The notes beneath the pieces are model-generated. The model had not been told where the DNA came from, searched no databases, and saw only the letters and a program-made list of their open reading frames with translations. Of a stretch of DNA of 64,000 nt, positions 49,689 through 61,009 are shown one piece after another; positions within the stretch are counted from its first letter, which is position 1, and each line of letters starts with the position of its first letter. Made by a program: the position numbers and the translations under genes. The DNA is from Chlorokybus atmophyticus (Eukaryota > Plantae > Mesostigma and Chlorokybus algae): NCBI GenBank assembly GCA_009103225.1, contig RHPI01002048.1:819036-883035 (forward strand). The letters are read 5' to 3'.

Positions 49689-52600
49689 TCCCGTACCTCT
49701 CCTAACTCTCATAACTCCCGTAACTATAAAGGTTAACCTGCTTGTACCAACTACATGTAGGCGCCGCCTATACATGTACTTTCAACAAGCTATAACATCT
49801 AACACTCCCACGCGAGCAGCTTGACCTTAAACTCCAAGTTCTTCTCGCAAGCTTACCCACATTAACTTACTTCATTGAACACTCCCACGCATGTATTGCT
49901 CCCACGGACTTGATGCTTGCCTCCATGACACCATCCTTCTCCTCGTGCTGCCAGCAGGACTACAAGGTTTCAATACTCCTTGTTTCCTCCTCATAGTTGT
50001 CGCATCAGCTTCCACCACGCCACGCCTGACCTTGCTCAGGTGGTTTCGAAGACTCCCTCAATGGCAAACTATGCTATAAACTACACTGAGTTCTCTACCT
50101 TAGCAATGCTGTACCAGAGTGTAGGCCGTGCAAGGGTTGATCAGACCCTTCTACCAAGGAAAGCACCCCTCCCATCTCCTGTTAGCTAGCTACACAACTC
50201 AGTCCTTGCATGCCAATCAAATGAAGTGTTCTATCCAGTACCGCACACCTGTGTGCTACCAAAAAACAACTCCACAGCAATGCAACCTCTAGTGTATGCA
50301 CCTCAATACCAGCAACTACTCATAGGCTAGCAGTAACTCCCACAGACCTTTGTGTCTGCGACCTCCGTCTACGCATGTCCACCAATGCTAGAAAGCAATT
50401 GCCATCGTGGCGTGCTCCTCCTTGGTTGCCTCATCGTGGATCCTCTTCTGGCACTCGCGAATGAAGTGGCCCTTCATCTTGCAGTAGTGACACTCTTTGT
50501 CACGTGATGGCTTCCCACCACCTGCTTTGCTCCTGCTTCGTGTGTGTTGAGAAGATGAGGCAGCAAGTGCAATAGGTTCTCCACCATTCTCTATCTCCCG
50601 AACATCCAACTTGCTTGCGACTTGCGCGAGTTGCTGTTGGCCTTGAAGAGGGTGTCGTAGACCTCCCACGCCTCACGTTCAGTCTTGCAATCCGCAATAA
50701 GAGGGAGATGGAAGTCTTGACGTGCAAGCCTGTCAGCTCAAAAGCTGATTGTGAGTTTTCTGTCCAGGTACCAGTGTCACCTGTTCTTGGCCGCAATGAT
50801 GTGGAGGAGGTGGGATCGATAAAACTCCAGAGCTTCTTGCGGATCAGCACCAACTTCATCTTCAGCGACCATGAAGCGTAGTTGTGCAAATCAAGGGACT
50901 CGATGGGCATCCTATCTGTGTCAGCCATTAATTGTTACACAATAATACAACTCACCCTCTCCCCAAGAACACTCTACTAGAAGGCGCCTATGCTCAACAA
51001 TTTCTCTCATTTCTCTCACTCACACAAGCGAGTGTGGGCCCATAACCTGTTGAGAACTAGTGATGCGCCTAATGTGTGTTTGCCTCCTACATACAAGTGT
51101 GAACACACTAAGGACAAGTGCAGCAAGCACGCCAACTACAGAGACAATGCGCGAACCACCGTATTAAGCAATATACAGTGTCTTATATACTATGCTACTA
51201 AGTACTAGTCAACTCTAGTCAACTCTGGTCAAAGTCAACACTAGTCAACACTAGTCAATGGTCAAAGTCAACGGTCAAAGTCAAAGTTGACCATGGTTGA
51301 CCATAACTGCCGTAACTCCCGTAACTCTCCTAACTCTCGTAAGTCACGTAACTCTGCAGGTTAAGCTGATCGTATCAACTACATGTAGGCGCCGCCTATA
51401 CATGTACTTTCAACAAGCTATAACATTTAACACTCCCACGCGAGCAGCTTGACCTTGAACTCCAAGTTCATCTCGCAAGCTTACCCAAGTTAACTTACTC
51501 CATTGAACACTCCCACGGATCAATTGCTCCCACGGACTTGATGCTTGTCTCCATGACACCATCTTTCTCCTCATGCTGCCAGCAGGACTACAAGGTTCCA
51601 ATACTCCTTATTTCCTCCTCATAGTTGTCGCATCAGGTTCCACCACGCCACGCCTGACCTTGCTCAAGTGGTTGCGAAGACTCCCTCAATGGCAAACCAT
51701 GCTATAAACTACATCGAGTTCTCTACCTTAGCAATGCTGTACCAGAGTGTAGGCCGTGCAAGGGTTGATCAGACCTTCTTACCAAGGAAAGCACCCCTCC
51801 CATCTCCTGTTAGCTAGCTATATAACTCAGTCCTTGCATGCCAATCAAGTGAAGTGTTTTAACCAGTACCGCACACCTGTTTGCTGCTAAAAACAACTCC
51901 TCAGCAATGCAACCTCTAATGTATGGAGCTCAACACCAGCAACTACTCATAGGCTAGCAGTAACTCCCACAGACCTTTGTGTCTGCGACCTCCGTCTACG
52001 CATGTCCTTCACGCGCCCTTTACAGTGGGAGAGGATGGACAAACACCATCCACTGCAACTCCTTGAGGTCCTCACTAATGCTAGAAAGCAATTGCCATTG
52101 TGGCGTGCTCCTCCTTCATTGCCTCATCGTGGATCCTGTTTTGGCACTCGCGAATGAAGTGGCCCTTCATCTTGCAGTAGTGATCACTTTTTGTCACGTA
52201 ATGGCTTCCCACCACTTGCTTTGCTCCTGCTTCGTGTGTGCTGAGAAGATAAGGCAGCAAGTGCGATAGGTTCTCCACCATTCTCTATCCTGAACATCCA
52301 ACTTGCCTTCCACAGCTAGCAGCTTAGGCACTACATCAGCAATCTTTAAAACTACATCTGAGGACTCCAACACAGTCACTAGCGTAGCAAAGCTCTTTTC
52401 TAAGCCAGCTAAGACTGCCCACATCACCTTCTCTTCCTTCACATTGTGGCCCACTGCTGCAAGGTCTTGCCAAAGCTCCCTTGCACGCGAGATGTACTTA
52501 TGGATTGGCTCTTTGTGCTCCATCTTCAGAAATGTCAGCTTACGTCTCAGCTGCAACTTGCGCGAGTTGCTGTTGGCCTTAAGGAGGGTGTCGAAGACCT

Positions 52601-53375
52601 CCCACGCCTCACGTCCAGTCTTGCAATCCGCAATAAGAGGGAGATGGAAGTCTTTGACGTGCAAGCCTATCAGCGCAGAAGCTGATTGTGAATTCTCTGT
52701 CCAGGTACCAGGCTCACCTGTTTTTAGCCGCAATGATGTGGAGGAGGTGGGATTGATAAAACTCCAGAGCTTCTTGCGGATCAGCACCAACTTCATCTTC
52801 AGCGACCATGAAGCGTAGTTGTGCAGATCAAGGGACTCGATGGGCATCCTATCCGTGTCAGCCATTGCTTGCTACACAATCATACAACTCACCCTCTCCC
52901 CAAGAACACTCTACTAGTAGGCGCCTATGCTCGACACTTTCTCTCACTAGCACAAGCAATCACACAAGCGAGTGTGGGCCCATAACCTCTTGAGAACTAG
53001 TGATGCGCCTACTGTGTGTGTATTTGCCTCTTACATACAAGTGTGCACACACTAAGGACAAGTGCAGCAAGCACGCCAACTACGGAGACAATATGCGACC
53101 CACTATACTAAGCAGTATACAATGTCTTATATACTATGCTACTAAATACTACTCAACTCTAGTCAACTCTGGTCAAAGTCAACACTAGTCGACACGAGTC
53201 AATGATCAAAGTCAATGGTCAAAGTCAAACTGACCATGGTTGACCATAACTCCCGTAACTCCCGGAACTCTCCTAACTCTCGTAAGTCCCGTAAGTATAA
53301 AGGTTAAGCTGATTGTACCAACTACATGTAGGCGCCGCCTATACATGTACTTTCAACAAGCTATAACATTTAACA

Positions 53376-53789
53376 GTATGACTCTCACAGATAAGTCATG
53401 GCGAATATTTTGAGTGTTCGGCAACGCAGACCCGCAGTGGAGGAGATACATCCATAAATGGGGCAATCCCATAATCTGGCAAATGATTATGCAATGCTGA
53501 TCTTACGCCGTCACTACACCCAGTCGCTGGCAATTAACAGTGAACCAGCTCGCATACTTGTTGCTCACATTGAGCACTTTCAATTGCATTATTAGCATCA
53601 ATGACTAGAGAGAGGGGAGAAACCGCCAATGTACGTGATCACAAACAAAGTGCACAGCACAAGCTGATGGAAACCTGAAGGAAGCATATCTTGTTAAGGT
53701 ACTGAACAACCCACTAGGCTAGCCTCGCGCGAGTCAGCTGTCCAGTTCCTTAACACATCGTCGTCACGTGCGAGTTCAAGCGGCCCTAC
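53376..53789 (+). pseudogene. Decayed CACTA-like (CMC) transposase remnant, 5' of the Copia insertion
   Basis: Reads HIVVTCEFKRPY up to the TSD and appears to continue after 61489. Heavily degenerate. Confidence 0.35.
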
Positions 53790-54182
53790 TGTTGAGAGAT
53801 TGCACAGTAGCAAGCTAAGCACACAATGCACAAAGTGTGGCGCCAAGAAACAAAGCAAAGTGGATCTAGTGTAATAAGCAACACACAGTGGCTTATATAG
53901 TACACTAGTCAACCATAAGTGGTACTAGTCAAAGTCAACACTAGTACACAATGGTCAAAGTCAAAGCGTGACTTCTGTAACGGCAGTTGACCGTAACTCC
54001 CGTAACCTCCATAACTCCCGTAGCTCCTTTAACCACTAATTAAAGTCAAAGGTTGACCAGAGTTGACTTGTAACGACTGTAACCGCCGTTTGACCATAAC
54101 TGCTAAAAGATAAGTTGATCGTAGAAAAGTGACACGAAGATAATGGCTGACTCCATTCCTTCAACATCCCCACGCGAGCAAC

Positions 54183-56765
54183 TTAACCTTGTAGTCCAAG
54201 TCCACCGCAGCAGGTTTTGAACTTGTTGGGTGGAAGTGGCTTGGTCATGCAGTCAGCTAGCATGTCCTCTGTACTGCAATACTTGAACTCCACTTCACCA
54301 CGTGCAACTCTCTCTCTCACCATGTGGTGCATAATGTCAATATGCTTTGTCCTGGTGGATGTGATGGGGTGCATACTCAACTTGATTGCGCCCTGGTTGT
54401 CACAAAGGATTGTGACACAGCTCAGTGCATGTCCCAAGTCAGTAATAAGCTTGCGAAGCCACAATGCTTCCTTTATTGCAGATGAAGCCGCCATGTACTC
54501 AGCCTCAGTGGTTGATGCAGCAACGGTAGGCTGTAGTCGGCTGTTCCAGCTGACGACGCCTCCTCCCATTAGGAAAGTGTATCCTGTGGTAGACCTCCTT
54601 GTGTCGAGGTCCCCCGCATAGTCCGCATCACAATAACCCTGTAATGCAATGTCTGTTGTCCTCCCAAATGTGATACCCACGTTCAAGGTGCTGCCAAGGT
54701 AGCGAAGAACTCCTTTTGCCGCCCTCCAGTGCTCCATGGTTGGTGCTGACATGTGTCTCGCCAAGACTCCCACGGCTTGTGCGATGTCAGGCCTCGTGCT
54801 GATGGACAAGTAGATGAGGCTCCCAACTAGCTCACCATATGGATATGTAGCCTTGTCAAGCACAGTGGTAGTGTCCTGTGCCTTGAGTAGATGTACTCCC
54901 ACGCTCAGTGGTGTTGCCTTGCCCTTGGCGTCTTGCAACTTGAACTTCTTAAGTACATCCAAGACCATCTGCTTCTGGGTGATCTTGATTGTCCTTGCAA
55001 CTCTGTCTCTGGTGATGACAATGCCGAGAAACAAGCGTGCATCGCCAAGATCTCGAACCTCAAAAGCAGATTGCAGTGTTACCTTGATGTGTGACATCGC
55101 TGCAGTGTCGTTTGATGCCAAGATGATGTCGTCCACGTACACCAGCAACCACACTTGGCTGTCCTTACTGATGAAGAGCCCGGGATCTGATGATGACTGC
55201 TGAACGCCCATCTTCTCTAGCTCCTTGCTGAGCCGAATGTGCCAGACTCTTGGCGCTTGCTTAAGCCCATAAAGAGCCTTATGTAACAAGCAAGCCTTTC
55301 CTGAGCCTCCCTCCTCGTAACCTTGAGGTTGCTGCACGTAGATCTGCTCATCCAACTCTCCATAGAGAAAAGCGGTCTTCACGTCCAGGTGGTGCAGCTC
55401 CAAGTCCTCTACAGCAACCTTTGCAAGTAGCGACCTGAAGGTTGTGTGCTTACTGGCAGGCGCAAACACCTCCTTGTAATCAACGCCCTCCTCCTGTAGG
55501 AAACCCTTTGCCACAAGTCGCGCCTTGTAGCGCTCAATGTTGCCCTTGCCGTCACGCTTGATTTTGTACACCCACTTGACAGGTATAGGCTTGACGCCTT
55601 GTGGAACCTGCTCAAGTACCCAAGTCTTGTTGGCGTGTAGCGAAGCAATCTCCTCATCCATGGCCTTGCGCCACAACTCAGCATCTGGAGCTGTATTGGC
55701 CTCATGGTAGGTGCTTGGCTCCTTCTTCTCAGTGGTTTCAGCGCTCATGGCCTGGAACCTTTGGTAAAATCGAGGTGGCGCTCTGTTTCTCATAGGGTAG
55801 CGCCTCTCCTGCTCATCCACAGGTGCAATCTCGTCCTCCTCAAGGTGTGGCGCACCATTAGGAACCTCCACGTTGGCAGATGGTATGGTGATGACCTCTG
55901 GCTCCTCAGCAAGGTCATTGTTCACAGGCGTAGAAGGTGTTGTTGGTGAAGTCGCCACCATCTTCTCGTCGAAGACAACATCCCTTCGAACCACAATCTT
56001 CTTGCTGTCCTCAAGCAAGATCCTGTATGCCTTGGAGTTGGGCTCGTACCCGACAAAGACACCCATCTCCCTCACGTTCTCAAGCTTCCTTCTTAGCTGC
56101 TTGTGGATGTGTGGATACGCCTTGGCTCCAAACACACGCATGTGCGTCACATCAGGCTTTGCACCGTAGAACAACTCCCACGGGGTCTTGGCTTTGTTGC
56201 TCGTAGGTGACCTGTTGCGGATGTAATTGGCCGTGACAAACGCCTCAGCCCACAAAGCTTTTTCCAGCTTTGTATCTGTAAGCATGGCACGCACGCGCTC
56301 AACAAGCGTGCGGTTGAGACGCTCTGCAGCACCGTTTTGCTCAGGGGTGTAGGGTGCAGTAGTCTCATGCTTGATGCCGTGCTCATCCAGGTAGCTCTTC
56401 AAGGTGTGGTTGAGATACTCAGAGCCTCGATCACTTCTCAACGCCAACACCTTTGTCTTTGCTTGTGTAGCCAGCTGAGTGAGTGTCCTCTTAACTACAG
56501 CAGCAACATCCGACTTCGCAGCAACTGGAATGATAGCAGACAGCTTGCTGAAGTCATCTATGAAAGTGGCAACGTACCAACTCCCTCCAGTGGACGCAAC
56601 TGGCATGGGACCGCACACATCCATGTGCACGAGCTGCAAGGGTGCTGTACTGGTGCGGGAAGAGGTAGGAAAAGGCTGCCTAGGCATTTTGCTCAGCACG
56701 CACGTCTCGCACAAATCACCTTTTACTGCCTTGATGTCCTCCGCTTTGATGTTGATCCCTTCCAT
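54183..56765 (-). CDS. Gag/protease-less Copia ORF: partial integrase, RT and RNase H (860 aa), with a junction-created ATG
   Basis: Open from the ATG at 56765-56763 (MEGINIKAEDIK...CETC...LVHMDVCGP...LRSDRGSEY...LLVYVDDII...GYCDADYAGD) to TAA at 54183. About 15 substitutions versus the full copy. Confidence 0.8.
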   Translation of the reverse strand: MEGINIKAEDIKAVKGDLCETCVLSKMPRQPFPTSSRTSTAPLQLVHMDVCGPMPVASTGGSWYVATFIDDFSKLSAIIPVAAKSDVAAVVKRTLTQLATQAKTKVLALRSDRGSEYLNHTLKSYLDEHGIKHETTAPYTPEQNGAAERLNRTLVERVRAMLTDTKLEKALWAEAFVTANYIRNRSPTSNKAKTPWELFYGAKPDVTHMRVFGAKAYPHIHKQLRRKLENVREMGVFVGYEPNSKAYRILLEDSKKIVVRRDVVFDEKMVATSPTTPSTPVNNDLAEEPEVITIPSANVEVPNGAPHLEEDEIAPVDEQERRYPMRNRAPPRFYQRFQAMSAETTEKKEPSTYHEANTAPDAELWRKAMDEEIASLHANKTWVLEQVPQGVKPIPVKWVYKIKRDGKGNIERYKARLVAKGFLQEEGVDYKEVFAPASKHTTFRSLLAKVAVEDLELHHLDVKTAFLYGELDEQIYVQQPQGYEEGGSGKACLLHKALYGLKQAPRVWHIRLSKELEKMGVQQSSSDPGLFISKDSQVWLLVYVDDIILASNDTAAMSHIKVTLQSAFEVRDLGDARLFLGIVITRDRVARTIKITQKQMVLDVLKKFKLQDAKGKATPLSVGVHLLKAQDTTTVLDKATYPYGELVGSLIYLSISTRPDIAQAVGVLARHMSAPTMEHWRAAKGVLRYLGSTLNVGITFGRTTDIALQGYCDADYAGDLDTRRSTTGYTFLMGGGVVSWNSRLQPTVAASTTEAEYMAASSAIKEALWLRKLITDLGHALSCVTILCDNQGAIKLSMHPITSTRTKHIDIMHHMVRERVARGEVEFKYCSTEDMLADCMTKPLPPNKFKTCCGGLGLQG

Positions 56766-57157
56766 GTTGAGAGATTGCACAGTAGCAAGCTAAGCACACA
56801 ATGCACAAAGTGTGGCGCCAAGAAACAAAGCAAAGTGGATCTAGTGTAATAAGCAACACACAGTGGCTTATATAGTACACTAGTCAACCATAAGTGGTAC
56901 TAGTCAAAGTCAACACTAGTACACAATGGTCAAAGTCAAAGCGTGACTTCTGTAACGGCAGTTGATCGTAACTCCCGTAACCTCCATAACTCCCGTAGCT
57001 CCTTTAACCACTAGTCAAAGTCAAAGGTTGACCAGAGTTGACTTGTAACGACTGTAACCGCCGTTTGACCATAACTGCTAAAAGATAAGTTGATCGTAGA
57101 AAAGTGACACGAAGATAATGGCTGACTCCATTCCTTCAACACTCCCACGCGAGCAAC

Positions 57158-60100
57158 TTAACCTTGTACTCCAAGTCCAACGCAGCAGGTTTTGAACTTG
57201 TTGGGTGGAAGTGGCTTGGTCATGCAGTCAGCTAGCATGTCCTCTGTACTGCAATACTTGAACTCCACTTCACCACGTGCAACTCTCTCTCTCACCATGT
57301 GGTGCATAATGTCAATATGCTTTGTCCTGGTGGATGTGATGGGGTGCATACTCAACTTGATTGCGCCCTGGTTGTCACAAAGGATTGTGACACAGCTCAG
57401 TGCATGTCTCAAGTCAGTAATAAGCTTGCGAAGCCACAATGCTTCCTTTATTGCAGATGAAGCCGCCATGTACTCAGCCTCAGTGGTTGATGCAGCAACG
57501 GTAGGCTGTAGTCGGCTGTTCCAGCTGACGACGCCTCCTCCCATTAGGAAAGTGTATCCTGTGGTAGACCTCCTTGTGTCGAGGTCCCCCGCATAGTCCG
57601 CATCACAATAACCCTGTAATGCAATGTCTGTTGTCCTCCCAAATGTGATACCCACGTTCAAGGTGCTGCCAAGGTAGCGAAGAACTCCTTTTGCCGCCCT
57701 CCAGTGCTCCATGGTTGGTGCTGACATGTGTCTCGCCAAGACTCCCACGGCTTGTGCGATGTCAGGCCTCGTGCTGATGGACAAGTAGATGAGGCTCCCA
57801 ACTAGCTCACCATATGGATATGTAGCCTTGTCAAGCACAGTGGTAGTGTCCTGTGCCTTGAGTAGATGTACTCCCACGCTCAGTGGTGTTGCCTTGCCCT
57901 TGGCGTCTTGCAACTTGAACTTCTTAAGTACATCCAAGACCATCTGCTTCTGGGTGATCTTGATTGTCCTTGCAATTCTGTCTCTGGTGATGTCAATGCC
58001 GAGAAACAAGCGTGCATCGCCAAGATCTCGAACCTCAAAAGCAGATTGCAGTGTCACCTTGATGTGTGACATCGCTGCAGTGTTGTTTGATGCCAAGATG
58101 ATGTCGTCCACGTACACCAGCAACCACACTTGGCTGTCCTCACTGATGAAGAGCCCGGGATCTGATGATGACTGCTGAACGCCCATCTTCTCTAGCTCCT
58201 TGCTGAGCCGAATGTGCCAGACTCTTGGCGCTTGCTTAAGCCCATAAAGAGCCTTATGTAACAAGCAAGCCTTTCCTGAGCCTCCCTCCTCGTAACCTTG
58301 AGGTTGCTGCACGTAGATCTGCTCATCCAACTCTCCATAGAGAAAAGCAGTCTTCACGTCCAGGTGGTGCAGCTCCAAGTCCTCTACAGCAACCTTTGCA
58401 AGTAGCGACCTGAAGGTTGTGTGCTTACTGGCAGGCGCAAACACCTCCTTGTAATCAACGCCCTCCTCCTGTAGGAAACCCTTTGCCACAAGTCGCGCCT
58501 TGTAGCGCTCAATGTTGCCCTTGCCGTCACGCTTGATTTTGTACACCCACTTGACAGGTATAGGCTTGACGCCTTGTGGAACCTGCTCAAGTACCCAAGT
58601 CTTGTTGGCGTGTAGCGAAGCAATCTCCTCATCCATGGCCTTGCGCCACAACTCAGCATCTGGAGCTGTATTGGCCTCATGGTAGGTGCTTGGCTCCTTC
58701 TTCTCAGTGGTTTCAGCGCTCATGGCCTGGAACCTTTGGTAAAATCGAGGTGGCGCTCTGTTTCTCATAGGGTAGCGCCTCTCCTGCTCATCCACAGGTG
58801 CAATCTCGTCCTCCTCAAGGTGTGGCGCACCATTAGGAACCTCCACGTTGGCAGATGGTATGGTGATGACCTCTGGCTCCTCAGCAAGGTCATTGTTCAC
58901 AGGCGTAGAAGGTGTTGTTGGTGAAGTCGCCACCATCTTCTCGTCGAAGACAACATCCCTTCGAACCACAATCTTCTTGCTGTCCTCAAGCAAGATCCTG
59001 TATGCCTTGGAGTTTGGCTCGTACCCGACAAAGACACCCATCTCCCTCACGTTCTCAAGCTTCCTTCTTAGCTGCTTGTGGATGTGTGGATACGCCTTGG
59101 CTCCAAACACACGCATGTGCGTCACATCAGGCTTTGCACCGTAGAACAACTCCCACGGGGTCTTGGCTTTGTTGCTCGTAGGTGACCTGTTGCGGATGTA
59201 ATTGGCCGTGACAAACGCCTCAGCCCACAAAGCTTTTTCCAGCTTTGTATCTGTAAGCATGGCACGCACGCGCTCAACAAGCGTGCGGTTGAGACGCTCT
59301 GCAGCACCGTTTTGCTCAGGGGTGTAGGGTGCAGTAGTCTCATGCTTGATGCCGTGCTCATCCAGGTAGCTCTTCAAGGTGTGGTTGAGATACTCAGAGC
59401 CTCGATCACTTCTCAACGCCAACACCTTTGTCTTTGCTTGTGTAGCCAGCTGAGTGAGTGTCCTCTTGACTACAGCAGCAACATCCGACTTCGCAGCAAC
59501 TGGAATGATAGCAGACAGCTTGCTGAAGTCATCTATGAAAGTGGCAACGTACCAACTCCCTCCAGTGGACGCAACTGGCATGGGACCGCACACATCCATG
59601 TGCACGAGCTGCAAGGGTGCTGTACTGGTGCGGGAAGAGGTAGGAAAAGGCTGCCTAGGCATCTTGCTCAGCACGCACGTCTCGCATAGATCACCTTTTA
59701 CTGCCTTGATGTCCTCCGCTTTGATGTTGATCCCTTCCACCACCATGTCCTCAGCCACCAGTCTTGCCAGGTTGTCCCATCCAAGATGTCCAAGTCTTCC
59801 GTGCCAAAGATGAGCTTTGTCCGATGCAGTGACTGTCGCAGACAACGCATGCTGCCGAACCAGTGTGATGCAGTACAAGCTCTCTTGCAATGTGCCCTCC
59901 ACAACAACAATGTTGTTCACCTTGACTTGACACTTCTGAGCAGTGAAGTCAACTTTGGCGCCTGCGCTTGTAGCTCTTCGAACGGAGAACAGGCTGGAAG
60001 CTAATCCTGGCACATGGATCACCTCCTTCAGGGCCACTTCGTGTGTAGCGCCCGCCACCACAGTGTGTAGGATGACGGTGCCCACTCCCACAGCTTGCAA

Positions 60101-61009
60101 GTGCAGCTTGTTGCCAAAGCTCACTTTCACACCAGCAGCATTGCTCAGAGCATGATATTCCTGGAACTCATGTCTGTGTGGGGTCATATGCTGTGTGCAC
60201 GCAGAATCGAACAACCAAGCGCTTTCGATAGCAGTGGTGCTAGCAGCAAGTGCTACAGCTTGTCTATCAGAACCTTGTTTCTGTTGCTGATCGCGCTTCA
60301 ACTTTCGACAGTCCTTCTTCAGGTGTCCCTTCTTGTCGCAGTAGTGGCAGGTACGCGTCTCCTTCTTCCCACCACCGTTGTTGTTGTTGGGGCGTGGATT
60401 GGATTGTGCCGCGAATGCCACAGCTTCAGCCTCGTCCTGGCGTGAAGTGGATGCTCGTTGCTCGACTTGAAGTAGGCGTGGGGTGATGGCCTCGAGGGTG
60501 AGCTCCTCACTGGTTGACTCCATGATGGTGACAGTCATCTCGAACTCCTTGGGCAAGCCAGCAAGGATGACCCAGACCACCTCCACCTCCTTCACTTCAT
60601 GTCCAATGGCAAGCAAGTCGTCCCACAGCTGCCTGGCTCGTGAGATGAACTTGATGACAGGTTCAGCAACATCCTTCCTCAAAGCATTCAACTGCTTCCT
60701 CAACTGCAACTTCCTAGCATTGTTCTTAGCCTTGTAAACCTCAGCAAACTTCTGCCACAACTCTCTAGCAGACTTGCAACGTGCAACAAGCGCTAAGTGA
60801 TGCTGTACTACATTCAACCCTATCAAAGCAAGTGCCTGATTTGATCTTCTTTTTGTGGGTGCGTCCTCCATGTCGAGAGGGCGCTCTGTGGGATCCACCA
60901 CTGACCATAGATCCTTGTGCATGAGTAGCATCTGCATCCGGATGCTCCATGTCCCATAGTTGTCGAGGTCCAGTGGCTCAATGTTCACCTTGTCATAGCT
61001 GGTCGCCAT
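57158..61009 (-). CDS. Complete Copia Gag-Pol polyprotein (1283 aa from the first ATG)
   Basis: Single ORF: Gag with CHYCDKKGHLKKDC, protease WLFDSACTQHM, WHGRLGH...CETC zinc finger, integrase D-D-E (HMDVCGP, RSDRGSEY, NGAAER), RT YVDD and RNase H DADYAGD, in Copia order PR-IN-RT-RH. Confidence 0.97.
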   Translation of the reverse strand: MATSYDKVNIEPLDLDNYGTWSIRMQMLLMHKDLWSVVDPTERPLDMEDAPTKRRSNQALALIGLNVVQHHLALVARCKSARELWQKFAEVYKAKNNARKLQLRKQLNALRKDVAEPVIKFISRARQLWDDLLAIGHEVKEVEVVWVILAGLPKEFEMTVTIMESTSEELTLEAITPRLLQVEQRASTSRQDEAEAVAFAAQSNPRPNNNNGGGKKETRTCHYCDKKGHLKKDCRKLKRDQQQKQGSDRQAVALAASTTAIESAWLFDSACTQHMTPHRHEFQEYHALSNAAGVKVSFGNKLHLQAVGVGTVILHTVVAGATHEVALKEVIHVPGLASSLFSVRRATSAGAKVDFTAQKCQVKVNNIVVVEGTLQESLYCITLVRQHALSATVTASDKAHLWHGRLGHLGWDNLARLVAEDMVVEGINIKAEDIKAVKGDLCETCVLSKMPRQPFPTSSRTSTAPLQLVHMDVCGPMPVASTGGSWYVATFIDDFSKLSAIIPVAAKSDVAAVVKRTLTQLATQAKTKVLALRSDRGSEYLNHTLKSYLDEHGIKHETTAPYTPEQNGAAERLNRTLVERVRAMLTDTKLEKALWAEAFVTANYIRNRSPTSNKAKTPWELFYGAKPDVTHMRVFGAKAYPHIHKQLRRKLENVREMGVFVGYEPNSKAYRILLEDSKKIVVRRDVVFDEKMVATSPTTPSTPVNNDLAEEPEVITIPSANVEVPNGAPHLEEDEIAPVDEQERRYPMRNRAPPRFYQRFQAMSAETTEKKEPSTYHEANTAPDAELWRKAMDEEIASLHANKTWVLEQVPQGVKPIPVKWVYKIKRDGKGNIERYKARLVAKGFLQEEGVDYKEVFAPASKHTTFRSLLAKVAVEDLELHHLDVKTAFLYGELDEQIYVQQPQGYEEGGSGKACLLHKALYGLKQAPRVWHIRLSKELEKMGVQQSSSDPGLFISEDSQVWLLVYVDDIILASNNTAAMSHIKVTLQSAFEVRDLGDARLFLGIDITRDRIARTIKITQKQMVLDVLKKFKLQDAKGKATPLSVGVHLLKAQDTTTVLDKATYPYGELVGSLIYLSISTRPDIAQAVGVLARHMSAPTMEHWRAAKGVLRYLGSTLNVGITFGRTTDIALQGYCDADYAGDLDTRRSTTGYTFLMGGGVVSWNSRLQPTVAASTTEAEYMAASSAIKEALWLRKLITDLRHALSCVTILCDNQGAIKLSMHPITSTRTKHIDIMHHMVRERVARGEVEFKYCSTEDMLADCMTKPLPPNKFKTCCVGLGVQG

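Larger units (their letters stand above)
47082..53375 (-). mobile_element. Second tandem shared-LTR array of gag-only retrotransposons (two copies), with its left LTR interrupted by a nested copy
   Basis: LTRs at 47082-47355 plus 49694-49804, 51048-51432 and 52988-53375. gag has an internal deletion (50388-50928) in one copy and a frameshift (52081-52865) in the other. Confidence 0.87.

Noticed and set aside
54217-60737. Many antisense and alternate-frame ORFs over the Copia pol
   Set aside because: They are shadows of the long gag-pol ORF, duplicated only because the DNA is duplicated.
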